64,000 nucleotides of DNA from an uncultured Desulfovibrionaceae bacterium (GCA_964369685.1 CAYJFB010000003.1:13549-77548), one strand, 5' to 3'. Numbered from the stretch's first letter, positions 25,752 through 35,836 are shown. Made by a program: numbers and translations. Notes: generated from the sequence alone by a model not told the origin.

Positions 25752-27551
25752 ATGGTTATAGACGATCGCGCTTTAAACGAACCGCCAACAGATTCGCTTT
25801 CAGAAGAAGACACAGGTGCTTTTACTGCCGAAAAGCAAGATGAACAACGTTGGGGAACCATTTTTATGGGGCCTACATCCGATCGTGAATCTCGAATGGA
25901 TAAGTTTCGCAATCGGCGCGACATGGAGTTGTGGAATCGTCAGACTGAAGCCGAATATATGGAAAGGGTGCGTGAAAAAGCTTTTCGTCATGCTCGTGCC
26001 GTCATCCGCAAAGCCGAAGGGTATGCACAACAAATTCGCCAAGACGCCGAACATTGGGTAGAAGAACAGCGACAACATGGTGAAACCCTGCGCGTTCAAG
26101 CAGAAAATGAACTGACAGAAAGTCGTGCCATCCATAGCGAAGTGGAAGAACTTCGACAAAAAGCCCATGAACTCGGTTACGCTGAAGGTATGGAAAAAGC
26201 CGTGCGTGAATTTGAAGAACATTGTGCCCATGTCGACGCCACAACGCTTGACGTGCTTAAAACTATAGAAGCACAAACTTCAAATCTTTTTCAATCGTGG
26301 AAAGCAGAATTGGTTGAATTGCTACGCACGTCTGTAGAAATGGGTTTGCACTGGGTTTTAACCGAAGATCGTGCCGCGGCCTTGGGCAGTTTGTTGTCAG
26401 ACGCGGTTCAGCAACTTGAAGACAGGCGACGAATTGTTATTCGTGCTCATCCCGAAGACGCATTGGCCATCGAAGAGGTGCTCGGCTCGACACAACGACG
26501 TTTCAATGAATTACAATCATGGGAAGTGATTCCGGATGCCTCGCTCACCGTGGGCAGTCTTGTTGTCGAAAGCCTTTCCGGTGTCATTGAAAGTCAAGTT
26601 GAAACGCGTTATGCCGCAGTGCGTCAGGCTTTGGAGCATTTGATGTTGCCTGTGACAGAAAAAGAAGACGTCGCTCGTACCGAGGTGAAACACGCTTTGC
26701 AAAGCGCCGGTGTGAATCATTTGGTCAATGCGCTTTCAGATTATGAAGAAAAACAAGAGACTCGCTTGGCAACGGCGCATGAAAAAAATGTTTTTAGTGC
26801 GTTGGAGCAACGTCAGGATACCTTGTCGGAAAGCCTCAATACAGAGTTTATATCAACAGCGTTGTCTGAAAGTGTTGACGAAAATGTTCATAAAGGTGTG
26901 GATGCAGAGGCGTCGGCCGTTTCGTTTGAGCAAATAGGCGACAGAGCCTCTCCTGATGTTGCTGTTGCCGACATGGATGAGACAGTCTCTGCCGTACCTG
27001 TTGATGATGTTGCTGTTGTCGAAAGGGACGAGCTGAGTGTTGTTGTGCCTACGGATGATTCTGCAGAACATAAAGACATTGTTGCGCTCGAAGAAACGAG
27101 TAAAGAACCTGTCGGTATGACACAAAACGCCTCTTTGCAAGAAAGTCGCGTGACATCCTTTGTAGGCGATGAAGCACCAGCGGATGCAGACTCTTCAGTG
27201 ATAGGGGATCCTGTTACGGATCTCGCGGCAGATGTTTCTACTATAGAAATAAACACGCCTGTTGCAGAAACAGAGGACGTACCGTCTGTTGCGAATGTTG
27301 TGGCAGAGCTACCTGCTATGGACGCAGGGACAGAAAACATGATGACTCCTCTGTCTGTGGAACAGACTGACCAAACATCATCGGCACCGGCACCACCGAG
27401 TCGTCCTGCTTGGGCTACAGAGGATGACGGTGAATTGCTCATGGAGGTGCCTTCACTCAGTGCGACGGAACAAGCGCGTTTGGATGAAACCGCAGCGCGA
27501 AAGGCGGCGTTGGAGGAGGCTTTGTTGGCGGCAGGTGGACAAACGTCATGA
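25752..27551 (+). CDS. fliH: Flagellar assembly protein FliH with a long acidic C-terminal extension
   Basis: The gene lies between fliG and fliI with a 4-nt overlap onto fliI. It has a coiled-coil E/R/Q-rich region and a FliH-like core up to about residue 330, followed by ~270 aa that are D/E/S/T/V-rich. Confidence 0.75.
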   Translation: MVIDDRALNEPPTDSLSEEDTGAFTAEKQDEQRWGTIFMGPTSDRESRMDKFRNRRDMELWNRQTEAEYMERVREKAFRHARAVIRKAEGYAQQIRQDAEHWVEEQRQHGETLRVQAENELTESRAIHSEVEELRQKAHELGYAEGMEKAVREFEEHCAHVDATTLDVLKTIEAQTSNLFQSWKAELVELLRTSVEMGLHWVLTEDRAAALGSLLSDAVQQLEDRRRIVIRAHPEDALAIEEVLGSTQRRFNELQSWEVIPDASLTVGSLVVESLSGVIESQVETRYAAVRQALEHLMLPVTEKEDVARTEVKHALQSAGVNHLVNALSDYEEKQETRLATAHEKNVFSALEQRQDTLSESLNTEFISTALSESVDENVHKGVDAEASAVSFEQIGDRASPDVAVADMDETVSAVPVDDVAVVERDELSVVVPTDDSAEHKDIVALEETSKEPVGMTQNASLQESRVTSFVGDEAPADADSSVIGDPVTDLAADVSTIEINTPVAETEDVPSVANVVAELPAMDAGTENMMTPLSVEQTDQTSSAPAPPSRPAWATEDDGELLMEVPSLSATEQARLDETAARKAALEEALLAAGGQTS

Positions 27552-28861
27552 AAACACCGGCGACAGCATTGCAAGAATTGCGAAATATTCGGCCGTTTAG
27601 TTCTTTTGGCAAGGTGAGTAAAGTTGTGGGATTGGTTGCCGCAGGAACGGGCATCCGTGCGGCTTTGGGTGATTTGTGTCACATGGTGCCTGCCGATCCG
27701 GCCTTGCCGGCCGTGCCTGCCGAGGTTGTGGGGTTTCGCGATGGGCAATTGCTCTTTATGCCGTATGGTGATTTACGGGGTATTGAGCCCGGAAGTTTGA
27801 TTCGTAATTCGGGTATTTCTCCGCGTTTTCCTGTGAATGAGCATCTTTTGGGGCGTACGTTTGATGCCTTTGGCAATCCGCTTGACGGTGGGGAAGCCTT
27901 GGCAATGACAGAGGGCTTGGCTTTGTATGCCGATCCCCCCTCTCCGTTACAACGGCCTAGAATTACAGAGATACTTGATGTCGGTGTGCGTGCTGTGAAC
28001 ACGTTGTTGACTCTTGGGAAGGGGCAACGTGTGGGAATTATGGCCGGTTCGGGTGTTGGTAAGTCGACGCTGATGGGGATGATGGCACGTTATACTTCGG
28101 CTGATATCAATGTGATTGCGTTAGTCGGCGAACGTGGACGTGAGGTGTTGGAGTTTATTGAGAACGATCTTGGTTCTGAGGGCATGGCACGCTCGGTATT
28201 GATTGTGGCGACATCGGATCAGTCTCCGTTGATTCGGATGCGTGCGGCCTATGCGGCGACGGCTGTTGCCGAATATTATCGAGATCAGGGTAAAGACGTG
28301 TTGTTGATGATGGACTCGGTGACACGTTTTGCCATGGCGGCTCGTGAAGTGGGTCTTGCTATCGGCGAACCGCCGACGACCAAAGGTTATACACCGACCG
28401 TGTTTGCTCAGCTTCCCAAATTGCTTGAGCGAGCAGGGCGTTCGGATAAAGGATCCATTACGGGGATTTATACGGTTCTCGTGGATGGTGATGATTTTAA
28501 TGAGCCCATTGCCGATGCTGTGCGTTCTATTTTGGACGGACATATTGTGTTGACGCGCGAACTTGCCGACCAAGGCCATTTTCCGGCTATTGACGTGTTG
28601 CGCTCGATCAGTCGTTTGCGTACGGATTTGTGTACGGCAGAACAAAAGGACGACGGTGCTGTATTGACACGCAATATGGCGACGTACCGCAAAGTGGAAG
28701 ACATGTTGATGATTGGTGCGTATGTGCAAGGAACCAATGCTGAAATAGACAAAGCCGTTGACTTGAACGAACATATCAACACATTTTTGCGTCAGGATGT
28801 GGCGTTGTGTCAGTCTTTGACAGAATCGTTTACCAAGTTGCATGAATTGGCACAACGTTGA
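27548..28861 (+). CDS. fliI: Flagellum-specific ATPase FliI
   Basis: Walker A GSGVGKST, Walker B LLMMDS and TVLVDGDDFNEPI are present. Confidence 0.95.
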   Translation: MKTPATALQELRNIRPFSSFGKVSKVVGLVAAGTGIRAALGDLCHMVPADPALPAVPAEVVGFRDGQLLFMPYGDLRGIEPGSLIRNSGISPRFPVNEHLLGRTFDAFGNPLDGGEALAMTEGLALYADPPSPLQRPRITEILDVGVRAVNTLLTLGKGQRVGIMAGSGVGKSTLMGMMARYTSADINVIALVGERGREVLEFIENDLGSEGMARSVLIVATSDQSPLIRMRAAYAATAVAEYYRDQGKDVLLMMDSVTRFAMAAREVGLAIGEPPTTKGYTPTVFAQLPKLLERAGRSDKGSITGIYTVLVDGDDFNEPIADAVRSILDGHIVLTRELADQGHFPAIDVLRSISRLRTDLCTAEQKDDGAVLTRNMATYRKVEDMLMIGAYVQGTNAEIDKAVDLNEHINTFLRQDVALCQSLTESFTKLHELAQR

Positions 28862-29139
28862 ATTGTGTGTGTATGTCTCCGCTTGAGCGCCGTAGGGCAT
28901 TGTCTTTTAAGATTTTGTTTCTTGAGGCAGTGTCTTTTTTTACGTTTTGGTGAAGATGTTCATATTTTTTGTAAATTTTTTTTAAGAGCTTTTTTATGTT
29001 GAAAGGCTCTGACGGTTATACAAGCATGTGCCTGTTATGAAGACATGATTGTAATGTTTTGCGTTGTTCCGTGTCATAGGGACTGTTTCTAAACGTTTTA
29101 AAATTGTTAAAGTTAGCTTGTTTTAATTAGGATGGTAGT

Positions 29140-29406
29140 ATGTCACGTATTGAAATTATTGAAGAACGCTGTAAAGGATGTTTGCTGTGTACAGAAGCGT
29201 GTCCCAAAGAGCTTTTACATCGTTCGGAACGTTTGAATCGTCTGGGGTATATGGTTGTTGAATGTCGGGATAAGGATGGGGCGTGTACGGGATGTACGGC
29301 GTGCGCGACCATGTGTCCTGATGTCGCGATTCGGGTTTTTCGAACTCTGCGGAACAGTGTTGCTCGAGGCGAAGCCTCTCAGACAAGTGAACGGGTGAAT
29401 GCATGA
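29140..29406 (+). CDS. 2-oxoacid:ferredoxin oxidoreductase, delta (2x[4Fe-4S]) subunit
   Basis: CKGCLLCTEACP and CTGCTACATMCP are present. It is the first gene of a four-gene operon. Confidence 0.85.
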   Translation: MSRIEIIEERCKGCLLCTEACPKELLHRSERLNRLGYMVVECRDKDGACTGCTACATMCPDVAIRVFRTLRNSVARGEASQTSERVNA

Positions 29407-30464
29407 GCCAGGAACGTATTTTGATTAAGGGTAACGAAGCGGTTGCTTATGCGGCTGTTGCTGCAGGTTGTCAATGTTATTTTGGTTATCCGATTACGCC
29501 ACAGAATGAAATTCCGGAATTATTGTCTAAATTATTGCCTGAACACGGCGGTGTTTTTGTGCAGGCTGAGAGTGAAGTGGGTTCGGCCAACATGTTGTTG
29601 GGTGCCGGGGCTTGTGGGGTTCGTGCCATGAGTTCTTCCTCCGGGCCCGGTATGGATTTGATGCAAGAGGGCATTTCTTACATGGTGGGCAGTGAGATCC
29701 CTGCTGTTCTTGTCAACATGAGTCGCGGCGGACCCGGTTTGGGGAGTATTGACGCGTCACAGGCTGATTATTATCAATCGACGCGTGGTGGCGGACACGG
29801 TGCGGGGCGTTGTTTGGTTTTGGCACCGTCGACGTGTCAGGAATGTTATGATTTGGTGATTGATGCGTTCACATTGGCTTTTCGTTATCGCACGCCTGTG
29901 TTGGTGCTTGGCGATGCCATTGTCGGACAAATCAAAGAACCTGTTTTGCGTTATACGCCAAAGGAATCGGTTCAAGATAATGCTGACACGTGGTGTCTTG
30001 AAGGTATGGGAGAGCGTGCACCACGGCTGTTGAAATCGGTCTTTCTCGGTGATGGAGAGCTGGCGGCGCACAACCAAAAATTAGAAAATAAATATCTCGC
30101 GATGCAGCAAGATATCCGCTTTGAAGCTTTAGAAACAGAAGACGCGGATTTGGTGTTGGTGGGCTTTGGTTCAATGGGACGCATTGCGCGCAGTGCCATG
30201 CAGTTGGCGCGAGCGGAGGGGCATAAGGTTGGGCTGTTGCGTCCGATCACATTGTATCCGTTTCCTGAAAAGGTTTTGGCAGAGCTTGCGGCGCAGGGGA
30301 AACGCTTTTTGGTGATTGAACAAAATAGCGGACAAATGGTTGATGATGTGCGTCTTGCCGTACGGCATCATACGGACGCTGATTTTTATGGTGTTCTTCC
30401 GGGATTATTTATGGATGCCGAAGAACTTCTTGAACCGATTCTTGCCTGTTTGGGGAGGCGCTGA
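29403..30464 (+). CDS. 2-oxoacid:ferredoxin oxidoreductase, alpha subunit
   Basis: GNEAVAYAAVAAGCQCYFGYPITPQNEI is the typical N-terminus of KorA/VorB-type subunits. Substrate specificity cannot be determined from sequence alone. Confidence 0.88.
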   Translation: MSQERILIKGNEAVAYAAVAAGCQCYFGYPITPQNEIPELLSKLLPEHGGVFVQAESEVGSANMLLGAGACGVRAMSSSSGPGMDLMQEGISYMVGSEIPAVLVNMSRGGPGLGSIDASQADYYQSTRGGGHGAGRCLVLAPSTCQECYDLVIDAFTLAFRYRTPVLVLGDAIVGQIKEPVLRYTPKESVQDNADTWCLEGMGERAPRLLKSVFLGDGELAAHNQKLENKYLAMQQDIRFEALETEDADLVLVGFGSMGRIARSAMQLARAEGHKVGLLRPITLYPFPEKVLAELAAQGKRFLVIEQNSGQMVDDVRLAVRHHTDADFYGVLPGLFMDAEELLEPILACLGRR

Positions 30465-31243
30465 TGTCTGCTGTTAATCATCCTGCTGAGGAATTGGTCT
30501 TTGCTGCGCCTGCGGCGTTGGCTGATCGTCCCACGCACTATTGTCCCGGGTGTCATCATGGTATTGCCACACGTCTTGTTGCGGAATTGATTGATGAGTT
30601 TGATTTATCAAAAAAAATTATCGGTGTTGCTTCTGTCGGCTGTTCTGTATTTACATACAATTATATTACGGCAGACTGGCTTGAGGGTGCTCACGGGCGG
30701 GCGTGTGCTGCAGCAACGGGTGTCAAGCGTGCCAAACCGAACAATTTTGTGTTCACATATCAAGGTGATGGGGATCTTGCCGCTATTGGGCTGAATGAGT
30801 CCATGCAAGCAGCCAACCGCGGTGAAAAATTTACAGCCATTTTTGTCAATAACACGGTGTATGGAATGACAGGTGGACAAATGGCGCCGACAACCATGTG
30901 CGGTCAAAAAACAACAACGTCTCCGAAAGGGCGCAATCAACAGCATGAAGGCGCACCGTTGCGTATGGCTGAAATCATGGCGCAGCTTGACGGGGTGGCA
31001 TTTTCAGCTCGGTGTTCGTTAGATTCAGTAAAAAATATCAACGCGGCCAAACGCGCTTTGCGTAAAGCTTTTGAGATCCAACTTTCAGGTGAAGGCTTTG
31101 GTTTTGTTGAATTGCTTTCAGGATGTCCCACAAATTTACATTTGGATGCTTTGCAAGCCAATCGACGAATCAGGGAAGAAATGATCCCTGTGTTTCCTCT
31201 TGGAGTATATAAAGATATGACACAACAGGCAGGTGCTCGATGA
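30464..31243 (+). CDS. 2-oxoacid:ferredoxin oxidoreductase, beta (TPP-binding) subunit
   Basis: YCPGCHHG and GDGD...NN.VYGMTGGQ (the TPP motif) are present. Confidence 0.88.
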   Translation: MSAVNHPAEELVFAAPAALADRPTHYCPGCHHGIATRLVAELIDEFDLSKKIIGVASVGCSVFTYNYITADWLEGAHGRACAAATGVKRAKPNNFVFTYQGDGDLAAIGLNESMQAANRGEKFTAIFVNNTVYGMTGGQMAPTTMCGQKTTTSPKGRNQQHEGAPLRMAEIMAQLDGVAFSARCSLDSVKNINAAKRALRKAFEIQLSGEGFGFVELLSGCPTNLHLDALQANRRIREEMIPVFPLGVYKDMTQQAGAR

Positions 31244-31779
31244 ATACACAAAGCGTAACCATCGCCGGATTCGGAGGGCAGGGCGTAATGCTCATTGGCA
31301 ACTTGCTTGCTCAGGCAGGTATGGAGCATGGTTTACATGTGACTTTTTTACCTGTTTACGGTGCTGAAATGCGTGGTGGAACAGCCAACTGTTCGATTGT
31401 GTTGTCTGCTGACGTGATCGGCTCGCCTATTGTGAAACGCCCACATGCAACCATCATTATGAATCAACCTTCGCTCGATAAGTTTCAGCCGCGTCTGCAT
31501 CCCAGTGGGGTACAAATTGTCAACGCGTCGTTGATCGAAGAACAACATCTAAAACCTGAGTTGCGAACAGTGTTTATTCCGATGAATGACATTGCCAATT
31601 CGTTGGGGCAGAGTAAATTGGCAAACATGGTCGCATTGGGGGCTTTGATTAAGGTTTTGGATATTATGCCGCTGAGTGCTGTTGAAGAGGCTCTCAATAG
31701 GGTCATTTCGGCACATTATACACATTTGATACCGTTTAACGTTACGGCACTGCAGGCAGGTTTTCACTTTGGTGCTTAG
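31240..31779 (+). CDS. 2-oxoacid:ferredoxin oxidoreductase, gamma subunit
   Basis: IAGFGGQGVMLIGNLLA is typical of gamma subunits. The start overlaps the upstream stop. Confidence 0.85.
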   Translation: MNTQSVTIAGFGGQGVMLIGNLLAQAGMEHGLHVTFLPVYGAEMRGGTANCSIVLSADVIGSPIVKRPHATIIMNQPSLDKFQPRLHPSGVQIVNASLIEEQHLKPELRTVFIPMNDIANSLGQSKLANMVALGALIKVLDIMPLSAVEEALNRVISAHYTHLIPFNVTALQAGFHFGA

Positions 31780-31830
31780 ATTATGAGTTCATAAAGCAAC
31801 TTGTTTTATATAAAACAAGTTAAAAAAGCC

Positions 31831-31858
31831 TTGCCAAAGCAAGAGATGTGTATATACT
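31831..31858 (+). promoter_or_regulatory. Sigma-70-type promoter candidate (TTGCCA-N16-TATACT)
   Basis: -35 TTGCCA at 31831-31836 and -10 TATACT at 31853-31858, with an A-rich tract just upstream. Confidence 0.45.
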
Positions 31859-31864
31859 AAGACA

Positions 31865-32044
31865 AAGAGTCCTAGTACGTTGCTGTGCTTCTCGTACACA
31901 GTGGCTGCCGCTTTTTTATCCTCCTTTTTTGCCCCTTGTATCGACACCCTCTAGATACAAGGGGCTATGGTTTTCATGCTTCTGCCTATACCATGAAGGC
32001 GTGTTTCTCACGACAAGTCAGCAAAACCGACTTGTTCTTTTTCG
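31865..32044 (+). ncRNA. Candidate ~180-nt non-coding transcript (unknown family), bounded by a promoter and an intrinsic terminator
   Basis: No credible ORF is present. There is an internal 12-bp hairpin GCCCCTTGTATC-N11-GATACAAGGGGC (31931-31965) and a 3-prime terminator ACAAGTC-N9-GACTTGT plus TCTTTTT (32013-32044). Confidence 0.35.
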
Positions 32045-32112
32045 ATTTTACAGCTGTCATTCGCAGATTCGTCCATCAGAAAAAAGAAAATAAAAATTTT
32101 TATAAAAAACGC

Positions 32113-32141
32113 TTGACAAATTGCTCAATGCGTGATTAATT
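32113..32141 (+). promoter_or_regulatory. Strong promoter candidate with an A/T-rich UP-like tract for the tRNA-tuf operon
   Basis: TTGACA at 32113-32118 and ATTAAT/TTAATT 16-17 nt downstream. It is preceded by AAAAAAGAAAATAAAAATTTTTATAAAAAA. Confidence 0.5.
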
Positions 32142-32267
32142 CCCTCTTGTGTTTTGGGGCGAAACGCTGCCAAAACAGAGCAAAGAGCGAGAAAAAAAAG
32201 TTTTTTTAGAAAAAACGCATTTTTTACTTGCCAAGATTCAAAAGAATCGGTAAAAGCTCTTGGTGTT

Positions 32268-32343
32268 GCTGGTGTAGCTCAACTGGCAGAGCAGCTGATT
32301 TGTAATCAGCAGGTTGCGGGTTCGAGTCCCATCACCAGCTCCA
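32268..32343 (+). tRNA. tRNA-Thr (anticodon UGU)
   Basis: Hand-folded cloverleaf: acceptor GCTGGTG/CACCAGC, anticodon stem GCTGA/TCAGC, loop TTTGTAA, encoded CCA. The T stem has one C-A mismatch. Confidence 0.85.
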
Positions 32344-32353
32344 CAACAAAATC

Positions 32354-32438
32354 GGAGGGGTTCCCGAGTGGCCAAAGGGAACAGACTGTAAATCTGTCGT
32401 CGATGACTTCGGAGGTTCAAATCCTCCCCCCTCCACCA
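32354..32438 (+). tRNA. tRNA-Tyr (anticodon GUA), long variable arm
   Basis: Acceptor GGAGGGG/CCCCTCC, anticodon loop CTGTAAA, type-II variable arm, encoded CCA. Confidence 0.9.
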
Positions 32439-32616
32439 GATTGAATGTTAGCTCTTTTACCTTGCCGCGAAGGTGTTCTTTGAATGCTTTCTGCGTGTCT
32501 AGAGATGATGAAGGGCATAGCTTCGATTCGTTGTTCATCAAAACGAGCTGACACGGCTGTAGGAGACAGGTTGAGATGAAATCTCTTTAATCCTGTCAGG
32601 GGACTACGGTATTTTA

Positions 32617-32692
32617 GCGGGAATAGCTCAATGGCTAGAGCATCAGCCTTCCAAGCTGAGGGTTGCGAGTTCGAGTCTCGTTTCCCGCTCCA
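32617..32692 (+). tRNA. tRNA-Gly (anticodon UCC)
   Basis: Acceptor GCGGGAA/TTCCCGC, anticodon stem TCAGC/GCTGA, loop CTTCCAA, encoded CCA. Confidence 0.92.
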
Positions 32693-32810
32693 TTTTTATT
32701 GCCTTTCCCCCCAGACCTTTTCTCTTGGCCGTGCTGATGTATCGGGATGACAGAGTGCTTTCCCTTCTTTTGGAAAGCGATTGTGTGTAAGCATTGCTTA
32801 TTTTTGTTTT

Positions 32811-32879
32811 GAGGCACTGCCTCCCGCCAACATTGGCTCTGAAATTTCGTTACCGACAAGCAACTTGAGGCGCTGCCTC
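32811..32879 (+). promoter_or_regulatory. Two copies of the palindromic box TTGAGGC(A/G)CTGCCTCC in the tuf leader
   Basis: GAGGCACTGCCTC at 32811-32823 and GAGGCGCTGCCTC at 32867-32879. The second ends 4 nt before the AGGGAG SD of tuf. Confidence 0.5.
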
Positions 32880-32894
32880 CAGAGGGAGACTGTC

Positions 32895-34088
<1,194 letters not shown>

Positions 34089-34091
34089 ATC

Positions 34092-34241
34092 ATGCGTGTG
34101 AACATTCTGCTCGCTTGCACCGATTGTAAGCGTCGCAACTACGCAACGATCAAAAATAAGAAGAACACCACATCTCGTCTGGAGTTAAAAAAGTTTTGCC
34201 CTTGGTGTAAAGCTCATAAACTTCATCGGGAAACGCGTTAA
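34092..34241 (+). CDS. rpmG: 50S ribosomal protein L33
   Basis: Hand translation gives [49 protein letters not shown]. It is below the ORF-track length cutoff. Confidence 0.92.
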   Translation: MRVNILLACTDCKRRNYATIKNKKNTTSRLELKKFCPWCKAHKLHRETR

Positions 34242-34269
34242 AATAACACGTTGGTGACTTCATAAACGC

Positions 34270-34346
34270 AGGGTAGTAGCTCTAACGGCTAGAGCGCCGG
34301 TCTCCAAAACCGGATGTTGGGGGTTCGAATCCCTCCTGCCCTGCCA
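34270..34346 (+). tRNA. tRNA-Trp (anticodon CCA)
   Basis: Acceptor AGGGTAG/CTGCCCT (one G-U pair), anticodon stem CCGGT/ACCGG, loop CTCCAAA. It sits in the conserved position before secE. Confidence 0.88.
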
Positions 34347-34369
34347 TTTTTTATTTCAGGAACTCGGAT

Positions 34370-34609
34370 ATGGTCAAGAAACAAACCCCAGCAGATGAAC
34401 AAAATAGCGGTATTTTTGGTTCTTTTGTTCGATTCAAGCATTACCTAGAACTTTCTAGGGCAGAACTGCGTAAAGTAAGCTGGCCGACAATGAAAGAAAC
34501 CAAAATGACCAGCTTGGTTGTTGTCGGCTTTGTTGCTGTGATGGTTCTCTTTCTTGGACTGGTTGATCTGGGGCTCTCCACGGTCATTGCCATGATCCTT
34601 TCGGCGTAG
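34370..34609 (+). CDS. secE: Preprotein translocase subunit SecE
   Basis: AELRKVSWPTMKET followed by a single TM segment. The synteny position is conserved. Confidence 0.9.
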   Translation: MVKKQTPADEQNSGIFGSFVRFKHYLELSRAELRKVSWPTMKETKMTSLVVVGFVAVMVLFLGLVDLGLSTVIAMILSA

Positions 34610-34629
34610 GTTTTGGAAGGACATGCTCC

Positions 34630-35364
34630 ATGACACAGACAGACGATATAAAGAGTACAGAAAATTTGGCCGATGTTGCAGAAGAACAGAGTCCGGTCGA
34701 ATCGACAGACCCTTCTGTTCACCCTGCGATGCCTGTTTTTGACGCCACTTCTTCCTTGCCTGCGGATTCTGCGCAGGCATCTTCTTCTCAGAATATGCCT
34801 GTGAGTGAGTCGGCTCTTGATGATTCTGTTGACAAATCCCGTTGGTATATTGTTCATACCTATTCAGGTTTTGAACAACGCGTGGAAGCGACCATCAGAG
34901 AAATGATTCGCAGCGGACAAGATACAGGCCTTATTCATGAAGTGGTCGTGCCTACCGAAAAGGTTATTGAACCGGGTAAAGATGGTGTTCGACGCACCAC
35001 AACACGTAAATTTTACCCCGGTTATATCATGTTGCGTATGACAATGACCGATTTTTCTTGGCATCTTGTACAATCCATTCCAAAGGTGACGGGTTTTGTG
35101 GGCGGTAAAAATCGTCCTGCACCCATGCGACCTGATGAAGCCGCAAAAATCCTTTCGTTGATGGAAAGCCGTCAAGAGCAGCCTCGTCCGAAATTCAGTT
35201 TTGATCGCGGTGAAGAAGTACGCATTATCGACGGTCCCTTTGACAGCTTCAACGGTGTTGTGGAAGATGTCAATTTTGATAAAGGGAAACTGCGTGTTTC
35301 TGTTTCCATTTTCGGCAGACAAACCCCTGTGGAACTTGATTTTACTCAAGTTACCAAAGGTTAA
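34630..35364 (+). CDS. nusG: Transcription termination/antitermination factor NusG (with a ~65-aa acidic N-terminal extension)
   Basis: [14 protein letters not shown] (NGN domain) and a C-terminal KOW ([18 protein letters not shown]). Confidence 0.93.
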   Translation: MTQTDDIKSTENLADVAEEQSPVESTDPSVHPAMPVFDATSSLPADSAQASSSQNMPVSESALDDSVDKSRWYIVHTYSGFEQRVEATIREMIRSGQDTGLIHEVVVPTEKVIEPGKDGVRRTTTRKFYPGYIMLRMTMTDFSWHLVQSIPKVTGFVGGKNRPAPMRPDEAAKILSLMESRQEQPRPKFSFDRGEEVRIIDGPFDSFNGVVEDVNFDKGKLRVSVSIFGRQTPVELDFTQVTKG

Positions 35365-35413
35365 GACAGCTTGTTGACTGCGTGAATGCAGCGAAGCTTA
35401 GAGGTTTTTACCA

Positions 35414-35836
35414 ATGGCTAAAAAAGAAATTGCTAAAATCAAATTGCAGATTCCGGCAGGTGCAGCCAATCCCTCTCCGCCGGTCGGTCCTGCTTTGGGT
35501 CAACATGGCCTGAATATCATGGCGTTCTGCAAAGAATTCAATGCGAAAACTCAAGATCAAAAAGGCATGATCATTCCCGTGGTGATCACCGCCTATGCGG
35601 ATCGCTCTTTTTCCTTTATTACCAAAACGCCTCCGGCACCTGTGTTGGTGCTTAAGGCTGCCAAAGTGGAAAAAGGTTCCGGTGTGCCGAACCGTACAAA
35701 AGTCGGTAGTATCACCATGGAACAAGTAGAAGAGATCGCTAAATTGAAAATGCCCGATCTCACGGCCAAGGATCTTGACGCCGCAAAACGCTCCATTATG
35801 GGTACTGCCCGCAGTATGGGTATTGAGATCAAATAA
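35414..35836 (+). CDS. rplK: 50S ribosomal protein L11
   Basis: [32 protein letters not shown]. Confidence 0.97.
   Translation: MAKKEIAKIKLQIPAGAANPSPPVGPALGQHGLNIMAFCKEFNAKTQDQKGMIIPVVITAYADRSFSFITKTPPAPVLVLKAAKVEKGSGVPNRTKVGSITMEQVEEIAKLKMPDLTAKDLDAAKRSIMGTARSMGIEIK

Noticed and set aside
26888-27748. A 286-aa minus-strand ORF, with similar ones at 24922-25662 and 28121-28900.
   Set aside because: They are antisense to fliH, fliG and fliI. Their Ser/Thr/Ala-rich translations mirror the codon composition of the real genes.
31865-32044. Whether the candidate sRNA is 6S RNA, SRP (4.5S) RNA, tmRNA or RNase P RNA.
   Set aside because: The 5-prime and 3-prime ends do not pair into a 6S-type closing stem (both flanks of the central hairpin are U-rich). 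There is no SRP domain IV GGAA/AGCA motif and no tRNA-like end, and the size is wrong for tmRNA or RNase P. I left it as an unknown family.
31848-32139. ORFs of 81 and 84 aa in the kor-tRNA intergenic region.
   Set aside because: Their translations are not protein-like (Cys/Phe/Leu-rich, no SD). They span a promoter, hairpins and a terminator, so the region is better explained as non-coding.
32781-32894. The N-terminal extensions proposed by the ORF track for tuf, and likewise for dhaK (8086), dhaL (9223), hypA (11696), cooH (13027), cooL (15289), cooX (14689), rplA (35915), ligA (38746), the DsrE-like gene (38181) and the MenA-like gene (59563).
   Set aside because: In each case an internal start gives the canonical family N-terminus, has an SD at proper spacing, and removes overlap with the upstream gene or regulatory region.
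32693-32894. A fourth tRNA (thrT-like) between tRNA-Gly and tuf, as in the E. coli thrU-tyrU-glyT-thrT-tufB operon.
   Set aside because: No cloverleaf can be folded there. The segment contains only a partial CCCCCCAGACC repeat fragment and the two palindromic boxes.
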